From: a virus
Reading direction: 5' to 3' (one strand)
DNA: 29,171 bases
IMG/VR virus record: IMGVR_UViG_3300045988_155594
Location: 1 to 29,171 of that record
Shown piece after piece: positions 6,156 to 13,286 of this stretch. Each line of letters begins with the position of its first letter. The stretch's first letter is position 1. The notes beneath the pieces were generated by a model. The model saw only the letters and a program-made list of their open reading frames with translations, searched no databases and had not been told where the DNA came from. The position numbers and the translations under genes were made by a program.

Positions 6156-6375
6156 CATATTTATCGAACATTTTTCTTGCTTTGCATACTCTGTTCCTTA
6201 TGGTTTGTACTTCCACACATAATGCATCTGCAATTTCGGTACATGACATATCATACACGTATCTCATAATCAAAACCTGTTCATATTTCTTTCTTAATCC
6301 AACAGATTTGATAAGTATTAATGCATCATTAGGACGTATTTCTTTTAATCTGTTAGCTTTGTTAATATAAACCAC
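6142..6375 (-). CDS. Small sigma-70 region-4-like HTH protein (77 aa; no regions 2 or 3)
   Basis: LRKKYEQVLIMRYVYDMSCTEIADALCVEVQTIRNRVCKARKMF fits the region 4.2 pattern L..r...vl.lry..g.s..EIA..l.....tV..r..rAr..l. The start is uncertain because the GTG at 6375 abuts the AAGGCGG motif. Confidence 0.65.
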   Translation of the reverse strand: MVYINKANRLKEIRPNDALILIKSVGLRKKYEQVLIMRYVYDMSCTEIADALCVEVQTIRNRVCKARKMFDKYVSNL

Positions 6376-6383
6376 CGCCTTAA

Positions 6384-6617
6384 TTAAATTCGTTGGTTTG
6401 AATTAGCTTCGCAAGAACAATTATTCACATGATCATCTTTCCAATAACCACGACAAACAATAGTAGAATAAAGAACAATAATCACTAAAACCAATACTGT
6501 AATAATCGTTCTACTTGTTTTATAGTTTCGATCAATTAATTTTGAACAAAAACCATAAATGTTATCTACTTTTTCTTCTACATTTTGAAGTTTCTTGTTT
6601 GCATCTTTAATATCCAT
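6384..6617 (-). CDS. Small bitopic membrane protein with an N-terminal coiled coil and a C-terminal TM helix (XhlA-like architecture)
   Basis: 77 aa. KKLQNVEEKVDNIY is coiled-coil-like, and the TM helix is IITVLVLVIIVLYSTIV. A short Cys-containing tail follows. It overlaps the upstream ORF by 11 nt. Confidence 0.6.
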   Translation of the reverse strand: MDIKDANKKLQNVEEKVDNIYGFCSKLIDRNYKTSRTIITVLVLVIIVLYSTIVCRGYWKDDHVNNCSCEANSNQRI

Positions 6618-6900
6618 TTTTATTACGTTCCTCCAACGCTTCTACACGATTAAACAAAGTTTTTATTTGTTGTTTTAGTTCTGAAAGCTCCACTTCCATT
6701 GAATTGCTTCCTTTTTTTATTTCTGAAATTGAATCTTTAATATCACCTAAATCCGATTTAATATGTTCCAATTCATTCTTCAAAAATGCCATATTGGATA
6801 TTTGCTCTCCATCCATCTTTCGTGTGCCACGATTATACGTAATAAATGCAATTACAAGCATGCATGCAGAAATAATAACACTAAGATATTCTCCACTCAT
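6607..6900 (-). CDS. Small bitopic membrane protein with an N-terminal TM helix and a C-terminal coiled coil (BhlA/UviB-like architecture)
   Basis: 97 aa with an AAAGGA SD. The TM helix is YLSVIISACMLVIAFITY. A long heptad-like charged segment follows (ELEHIKSDLGDIKDSISEIKK...ELKQQIKTLFNRVEALEE). Confidence 0.6.
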   Translation of the reverse strand: MSGEYLSVIISACMLVIAFITYNRGTRKMDGEQISNMAFLKNELEHIKSDLGDIKDSISEIKKGSNSMEVELSELKQQIKTLFNRVEALEERNKNGY

Positions 6901-6963
6901 ATTCGTTTTCCTTTCAAGTTTTCATCCTATTTAAATGCAACAATTCACTAATTTCTTATTTAG

Positions 6964-8964
6964 TTAGTTTGCATTTCCGAATCTTGTTATATTTTTTGAG
7001 CCTTGTATAGTATCATAGATACAATTAATTGCAATTAATTTGTAGTAATCAGATATAATCATATCCTTATTATAATTGTTTTTACAAACACAATTACTTA
7101 GAATAATATTTCCTCTATCTGTAGTTGCTGAATCATTACCTGCATATATTCCCACATTATTGTCATGGCAGTATACATTGCTAATATTTATTTTAGCACC
7201 ATGAGTAGGAGTTGCAACTCCGCCTTTTCCACAGTTATACCACTCACCACCATTAACAACACCACAGCAGGCATCATGATGTGAAATACCGTCATCTTCA
7301 CAATTCCATGCGGAACAGTTTATAAAATTTGTTGTTCCTGTGTAATGGATATTAAATCCGTCGCAATGGTATTTTTGATTTCCTTTTTTTGTTGTTCCTA
7401 TATTGTATGCAATACAATTGTATACATCAGCATCAATATATTGAAAAGCAAATCCACCAACAGAATTGCTTGGCGAAATAATTCCAATATCGTGAACAAT
7501 GCAATCGTTAAATGTTATTTTTTGACATCTACTTGCATACACTCCATTAATATAACAATTTTTTATTTCAAAATCAGAAAATGAGCAATTGATGCTGTCG
7601 TAAATACTAATTCCTTTTTCAATTTCTTTTAGTGAACCATCAATAATAATTTTAGGATTATCTTCATCTTTGCCAGCAGAAAAAGAATCATAATATCTGT
7701 CAAGTGCAATATGAATACCTGATTTTCCACTTATAGATATTCCATCTGTATAGATTCCTTCTTTAACAAATATATTTTTTATACCACTGTCTATAGCTTT
7801 TTGAATTGTTTTAAATGGTGTTGAACGAGAAAAGCCATCATTTAAATCTGACCCTTCAGCTGATACGTATCCAATATTTTTCTTTCTTTCTGATTGTAAT
7901 ATTTTTTCTCTAGCTACAAAATCATTTGCAGTTATATGTGGAATATATTCGTAAGGATGTGTACCATTACTATCTTCAATTTGTAATTTTATAGTGGTGC
8001 GTTCTCCATAATCAACACCACCATATCTACCTATAGACCATACAATAGATGTTGATAAATCATTTATTTTGATAGTTTTTCTTTTTATATTTCCTGCAAT
8101 CATTTCTGTCTGCAATGTACTTCCATCACTATTAAATGTCCTGATATAACCGTTAATTTGTTTATCAGAAAATACATAAAATGTATAAGTTTTTCCCGCT
8201 ACTAAAGGAAGTGGTTGGCTATATTTAGAAAATGAATTATTGCTCATTCCACTAAAAATATATTCATTATTTTTTATTTTAGCTGAAACTCCATTAAAGT
8301 TTTCATAAACAGGCATTTTATTAATGTCTAAAATGTTTTTAGTTATTGATGTTAAACTACCTATTTCTTCTATTAGCGAATTAATTCGTGCTTGTAAATG
8401 TGTATTTCCTTCATCTATTTTTTTGTTTAAATCATCATTTTGCTTATTTATCATCTTTGATAATTCGTTATAGATTTGTGCAATTTTATCTTCTTCCTCA
8501 CTACTAGGTGTATAGGATTTAATATAAATTCCATCAGGTGTAATTACAGATGCAATTTGTGTAGACCATCTTTGATCAATTACACTTGAACTATTTTTAG
8601 TCACAACTGCATTCATTGCAAAATGTAATGCTCCTGAATTTTTCAAAGCATCAAACGGTACTTTCCACGCAAATTCACAAATATCATTATTAATTGTTTT
8701 GTTAATCGCAATTGACTGACCCTTAACTCCCTTAGAATCAATCCAATTTATATAAACAATTGAATCTTGCATTTTTTGAATATCAGATAACTTGTTTCTG
8801 ATTCTAAATTTAATCAGTTTAGAATTTCCATCATATTGTACTCCAAACAATCTAGATACATTATTAATATTAATAGTATGTGTATCTGTATCAATCGTAA
8901 GATATTCATCATCATAATCATAAGCAACCGCATCAAAGCTTAGTCTTGCTTTCAATCCATCCAT
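6964..8964 (-). CDS. Tailspike / receptor-binding protein: BppU-like N-terminus, coiled coil, and a C-terminal right-handed beta-helix (pectate-lyase-like depolymerase) domain
   Basis: 666 aa. The N-terminal pattern is YDGNSKLIKFRI...ALHFAMNAV. The helix-domain start is GYVSAEGSDLNDGFSRSTPFKTIQKAID. Repeated NC-x coils follow (IKNCYINGV, FNDCIVHDIG, VYNCIAYNIG, FINCSAWNCEDDGISHH, VYCHDNNVGIYAG, LSNCVCKNN). Confidence 0.75.
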   Translation of the reverse strand: MDGLKARLSFDAVAYDYDDEYLTIDTDTHTININNVSRLFGVQYDGNSKLIKFRIRNKLSDIQKMQDSIVYINWIDSKGVKGQSIAINKTINNDICEFAWKVPFDALKNSGALHFAMNAVVTKNSSSVIDQRWSTQIASVITPDGIYIKSYTPSSEEEDKIAQIYNELSKMINKQNDDLNKKIDEGNTHLQARINSLIEEIGSLTSITKNILDINKMPVYENFNGVSAKIKNNEYIFSGMSNNSFSKYSQPLPLVAGKTYTFYVFSDKQINGYIRTFNSDGSTLQTEMIAGNIKRKTIKINDLSTSIVWSIGRYGGVDYGERTTIKLQIEDSNGTHPYEYIPHITANDFVAREKILQSERKKNIGYVSAEGSDLNDGFSRSTPFKTIQKAIDSGIKNIFVKEGIYTDGISISGKSGIHIALDRYYDSFSAGKDEDNPKIIIDGSLKEIEKGISIYDSINCSFSDFEIKNCYINGVYASRCQKITFNDCIVHDIGIISPSNSVGGFAFQYIDADVYNCIAYNIGTTKKGNQKYHCDGFNIHYTGTTNFINCSAWNCEDDGISHHDACCGVVNGGEWYNCGKGGVATPTHGAKINISNVYCHDNNVGIYAGNDSATTDRGNIILSNCVCKNNYNKDMIISDYYKLIAINCIYDTIQGSKNITRFGNAN

Positions 8965-8966
8965 AT

Positions 8967-9260
8967 CTAAACTCCTTTCACTTGAAGGACACCTTTTAAT
9001 GGTGTTTCTTTAATTCCGTTCACATCAATACGAACCATCCAATTATAAACACCAACAGAAAGTTCATCTGTTTGGCAAATTACCTTCAAAGATTCATCAA
9101 TAGGAATTTTAATAAGTTCTTTGCCATCTTTATAAATAATGAACTCTAATGAATCATCCTTGCCAGGAATAAATACTTGTCCATTCTTATACTTAATTAA
9201 AATATCTGTATAGATGGTATCTCCTTGATTTATGAAAATATGATCTCTTTTAATTTCCAT
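8967..9260 (-). CDS. Hypothetical small baseplate-region protein
   Basis: Start taken at ATG 9260 (GGAGAGG SD), 2 nt after the upstream stop. 97 aa with beta-rich composition. Confidence 0.6.
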   Translation of the reverse strand: MEIKRDHIFINQGDTIYTDILIKYKNGQVFIPGKDDSLEFIIYKDGKELIKIPIDESLKVICQTDELSVGVYNWMVRIDVNGIKETPLKGVLQVKGV

Positions 9261-9262
9261 TT

Positions 9263-10309
9263 TTAATCCTCTCCATATCTTTTTGCGCCTTTCCATTCAA
9301 GTCCTGTATCACAATAAAGTCTACATTTCTCAAATGTTTTTCCATCACTACTCAAAACAAGTGATTTTCCTTTTTTCCAATTATTCCCATCAAACACCCA
9401 TACTTCTCTATAAGCGGCAGATGCAATGATAAAAAAGTAAAACATATCACTCGTTCTTCCTAAAGTATCTGTTACATAAACAAGCATTCTATACTCATTC
9501 CCATTCTGCACTTTAAATTCTTTTGTAAGATTATCTGAAGTTAAATCACTTCCCATACCATCATAATCCCAATGACTCTTTGTAACATGTGCATCATCCG
9601 TTGTATGTGCAACACACACTGCTTTATCATACTTATCATCAATATGAGATATAGTTACATCTACACTCGTTACAGATATCTTTTTATAGTCTTCTAACGT
9701 TGTTGCTTCTAATACTGTTTGAAGTAAATACGATCCCGAACAGTCGGCCATAAACGGTTCGATATGAAATTCATAATTTGTCGAACCTTTCAATCCACTT
9801 ACAACATGTGTACCATTTAATTTGTCCACAATAAATTTTTTTGTTGCACTTGAATAAATACGCAAAGTATACAAATTGTAAGGATTTGTTTTTAGCCTTC
9901 CATAAATAGAAATTGAGGTACTATTAATATCTGATATCTCTGCTTCATACGTTGGCAGTTCAATCTCAGGTGTAGTCAATGTTGCTGTTCCTTTTAAATT
10001 AGGCCATCCTTGACAACTCGCATACCATTCAAAATGCCGTTGCCTATTGCAGTACATAGGATCATTAATTTGTCCTAGATAATACCATCCTGAATCTTGG
10101 ATATAGTTTAAATCCCATCTTGAAATAGTTTTAGAAAGTCCTCCAAGAGTAACAACATTGGTTGCTTGGATTTTGAAGTTTCCGGTAAATTTAAACCTTA
10201 CATCCGCTTTAAATTTTAAATTAGGATATGACCCTTCATATCTTTCATTGTAGGATTCAAATGTAAGTATTAAATACGGATTATAGGGTAATGTTGCTAA
10301 AATAGTCAT
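9263..10309 (-). CDS. Baseplate/tail accessory structural protein (possible FN3-like segment)
   Basis: 348-aa ORF in the baseplate block. The segment ISDINSTSISIYGRLKTN..YTLRIYSS...VVSGLKGSTNYEFHIEPF looks like a fibronectin-III repeat. Confidence 0.55.
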   Translation of the reverse strand: MTILATLPYNPYLILTFESYNERYEGSYPNLKFKADVRFKFTGNFKIQATNVVTLGGLSKTISRWDLNYIQDSGWYYLGQINDPMYCNRQRHFEWYASCQGWPNLKGTATLTTPEIELPTYEAEISDINSTSISIYGRLKTNPYNLYTLRIYSSATKKFIVDKLNGTHVVSGLKGSTNYEFHIEPFMADCSGSYLLQTVLEATTLEDYKKISVTSVDVTISHIDDKYDKAVCVAHTTDDAHVTKSHWDYDGMGSDLTSDNLTKEFKVQNGNEYRMLVYVTDTLGRTSDMFYFFIIASAAYREVWVFDGNNWKKGKSLVLSSDGKTFEKCRLYCDTGLEWKGAKRYGED

Positions 10310-10312
10310 ACG

Positions 10313-10909
10313 CTATTCCTCATATTTGATATAGATATCTCCAGCTTTATCGCCATCTTGTACAACAGGATCTGAAGTACCATATCTAACATTAACTTTT
10401 AATTTCAGTTGATCTTTAAATTGAGCCACATAATTTTCTAATTCATTTTTATATGCATTTACTTTTGCAATCAATTCCATCATAGATTTGTATTCTTCAG
10501 TCGATTCTAACGATTCCTGCGTTGCAAGATTATCAACAACCTTAATCTTAAAATTAAAAGTTGTGACAAATGTTCCACTAGATTCTAATGTCACCTGGCA
10601 TTCACAAATTCCTAATTCTGCTAAGATATTTTGAAAAGCTTCTGTATCTGAGAATTCAATTTCGTATGCATTTGAGTTTTCAAGCCTTGATACAGATGTA
10701 GAACCAATGCTAACCATTAATCCACTCGGCTTTTTAGTCCATAAAATCGCATGCAAAGATTCATCAACATTTGAGCTATTACTAGTAATCACATCATCAC
10801 TCACAAAAATTCTTAATCCTCGCCCCGAATCAGCTCTTACCATTTCAACAATCAAGTTGTCGTTTGGCTTCGTTAAACTAACGGTCAAATCATTATATAC
10901 AATTGCCAT
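10313..10909 (-). CDS. BppU-N-like baseplate upper protein
   Basis: Start taken at ATG 10909 (GTGAGGT SD), 1 nt after the Tal stop. The pattern RADSGRGLRIFVSDD...ILWTKKPSG...CECQVTLESSG..VTTFNFKIKV resembles the N-terminus of the tailspike ORF. Confidence 0.5.
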   Translation of the reverse strand: MAIVYNDLTVSLTKPNDNLIVEMVRADSGRGLRIFVSDDVITSNSSNVDESLHAILWTKKPSGLMVSIGSTSVSRLENSNAYEIEFSDTEAFQNILAELGICECQVTLESSGTFVTTFNFKIKVVDNLATQESLESTEEYKSMMELIAKVNAYKNELENYVAQFKDQLKLKVNVRYGTSDPVVQDGDKAGDIYIKYEE

Positions 10910-10910
10910 G

Positions 10911-12500
10911 TTATACCTCACTTTCTAATACAAGATCTAAATCCTCAGGCCTTTCCGTAATCAAGTTATAGGTCAATTTGTTTAAATAAAATCTTTCTCG
11001 TTTTCCAAAATCAGTCTCTACAAAAATTGAATCATTTATTTTTAACGCCTGTGCATTCGGCACATTGTATGGAAATAATTCTTCAAATTTAACAGAAGTT
11101 TCTGTTTTTGGTTCTTGCAGTTCTTTCTCCAAAGATTTTTTAGCTTGTATTCTAAGATAGTTTCTTAGGTTCGTTTCATTTGTAAATACGCCCAATGTTG
11201 TTTTCTTTGCTTGTGAATCATCCGCCATCAATTTGATATCGGAATATTCTTTTACATCAATTCTATGAATTTCATCTGTATCCCAATTACTAGCCTTGAT
11301 AATCTCGTGATTTGGTAAAATGCGTCCATTGTACGCTTTAGGTATGATTCCTGTAACTACATTTTCCATTGATTTTTTCTGAGTATATTCTGACATTTCT
11401 TTATTACTTATAAAGAAATCATTTGGCTTCAAATTGGAAGCATAATAATCTGGATTTCCAAAGTAGCAGTCATAATTGTTAAACATCGAAACATATCTGT
11501 TATTTTCACATTCAGGCCATCTGTTCATCATAGAATTTTCTTCTGTGCCAAACAAACATTGAATCAGATTATATCGAACCCAATATGCCGTTTGTGTAGA
11601 ATCCACATCTTCAATCATCCATTTACACGCATTTCCAACTTCGGAAGTACCTCTATCAGCAACAATAACTTTGTTTCCGTTGCCAATACTCGGTGAACTA
11701 GGATAAATGCCATAATATATGTTTCCATATGGTGCAATTTCGTAACTAGATTCATTGTTAATGAACCACCATTTCTCAGAATTATCTGATGGACTTTCAG
11801 ATAGGCTGCCTAACACAACCTTTCCTGAATCCAATTTAAGCCATCTACATGAACATAAAGATAAAATTCCATATATATCTCCATATCTATCTGAGCCTAC
11901 TTTTTTCAACATGAAAGTCTGTGCAGAGGTTCTGTTTCTCTGATATGTCTGTAATTGTATAGATGCATCTTCACTTGCGCTTGGAACATCCAAACAATAC
12001 CCACTATTTTGAACATTTCGGAAATAAACGATTTTTTCATCTTTTGCATTAATGTTGGCATAATTTGCGTATTCCCCATGTCCATAAATTTTATAAGGAT
12101 AATTTGGTCGAGACTTTGTGATAATATCATTTGCGGTATTTATCGCATCTTGCCACGTACCACTCATAGTACGATCATCAAACACAAACACTTCTTTTTG
12201 CGAATCAAAGAACACATGTGTTGCATAGCATGTATATGTATCGCTTTGTTTGTTGTATTTTGGATACACAATTCTATATAACTGTGGTTCTTCAAAATTT
12301 ATGTCAACTTTAAACACGGATTCATCACTGATTTCCATACCCATCAAATCACTTTTTGGGAATTCTATTTCTACGTACCAAATAGAATTTCTTTCAAATA
12401 CTGCCTTAGCACTAACACAATGTTTTAAAATCACATCTCCATTACGTTCTTTCATTTGTGCATATGTTGTTTTTTTTCTAGAAAAGAATAAATGAATCAT
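10911..12500 (-). CDS. Tail-associated tip protein (Tal / prophage-tail family) with an internal ricin-type beta-trefoil lectin insert
   Basis: 529 aa directly after Dit. The N-terminal ~130 aa follow the typical Tal pattern. Residues ~155-300 carry three lectin-like repeats (GYCLDVPSASEDASIQLQTY...AQTFML; ...SEKWWFI; ...NACKWMI). Confidence 0.7.
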   Translation of the reverse strand: MIHLFFSRKKTTYAQMKERNGDVILKHCVSAKAVFERNSIWYVEIEFPKSDLMGMEISDESVFKVDINFEEPQLYRIVYPKYNKQSDTYTCYATHVFFDSQKEVFVFDDRTMSGTWQDAINTANDIITKSRPNYPYKIYGHGEYANYANINAKDEKIVYFRNVQNSGYCLDVPSASEDASIQLQTYQRNRTSAQTFMLKKVGSDRYGDIYGILSLCSCRWLKLDSGKVVLGSLSESPSDNSEKWWFINNESSYEIAPYGNIYYGIYPSSPSIGNGNKVIVADRGTSEVGNACKWMIEDVDSTQTAYWVRYNLIQCLFGTEENSMMNRWPECENNRYVSMFNNYDCYFGNPDYYASNLKPNDFFISNKEMSEYTQKKSMENVVTGIIPKAYNGRILPNHEIIKASNWDTDEIHRIDVKEYSDIKLMADDSQAKKTTLGVFTNETNLRNYLRIQAKKSLEKELQEPKTETSVKFEELFPYNVPNAQALKINDSIFVETDFGKRERFYLNKLTYNLITERPEDLDLVLESEV

Positions 12501-12502
12501 CT

Positions 12503-13285
12503 TTATTTCTCCCTATAATTACGTATAATTTCTGCACGAATAGCACCAATATCTGTTGTGATCAATACATTATTTGAACCATAATTAAATTTAAGTCCGT
12601 CAAAAGATCCACTTGTTTTCAATGTGTCATATTTATACGTTCCTTTTTTATAGTATGTTTTCATATAAGAATTTTCCGTATTGATTTCAACATAAGAAAT
12701 ATCCGATGTACCGTTAAAAGGATTTGTGATCGTAAAATTGTTTCCATTACAATTGATCGTAATGTTTTTCGCATTCATAGAAGTGTTATATAAACGATAG
12801 ATTGGATATGCTGTTTCATAATAATTCGCAAGTTCTACCTTTTTTCCACTTACAATATCATATGGTCTTGAATACTTATTTACGTATCTGTAAGGTTCAC
12901 AAATAAATGTGATTGTAAATTCGCTACCTCGTCCAAAATCTCTTGAATCCATATCAAACGTTACATTTTTTACCTTCCAATAATGTTCTCTATCATCACT
13001 AGTTAACTCCAATATTCCTTTATTTCCATTAAAATATTGTTGGATTTTATAGATACGATCTAGATATTCTTTCTTGCTATTTAAAACAAAGTTGCATTTA
13101 ATAGGAATTTTACGATCTTGATATACACCTGTATGACGATACGATGTAGTACCGTCACCAAGTGTAGATGTTTCTACAATTTCCTCTGCCATAGGAATAA
13201 CAGGGCGCTCACTTACCTTTAATAAATACATAATATTTTGCGTATAACGCAGTTTATTTTCAGGTGTAAATCTAAAATGATACAT
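12503..13285 (-). CDS. Distal tail protein (Dit, siphovirus tail family)
   Basis: Start taken at ATG 13285 (GGAGG 8 nt upstream), 1 nt after the tape-measure stop. The position and the pattern YWKVKNVTFDMDSRDFGRGSEFTITFICEPYRY support the call. Confidence 0.72.
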   Translation of the reverse strand: MYHFRFTPENKLRYTQNIMYLLKVSERPVIPMAEEIVETSTLGDGTTSYRHTGVYQDRKIPIKCNFVLNSKKEYLDRIYKIQQYFNGNKGILELTSDDREHYWKVKNVTFDMDSRDFGRGSEFTITFICEPYRYVNKYSRPYDIVSGKKVELANYYETAYPIYRLYNTSMNAKNITINCNGNNFTITNPFNGTSDISYVEINTENSYMKTYYKKGTYKYDTLKTSGSFDGLKFNYGSNNVLITTDIGAIRAEIIRNYREK

Positions 13286-13286
13286 T

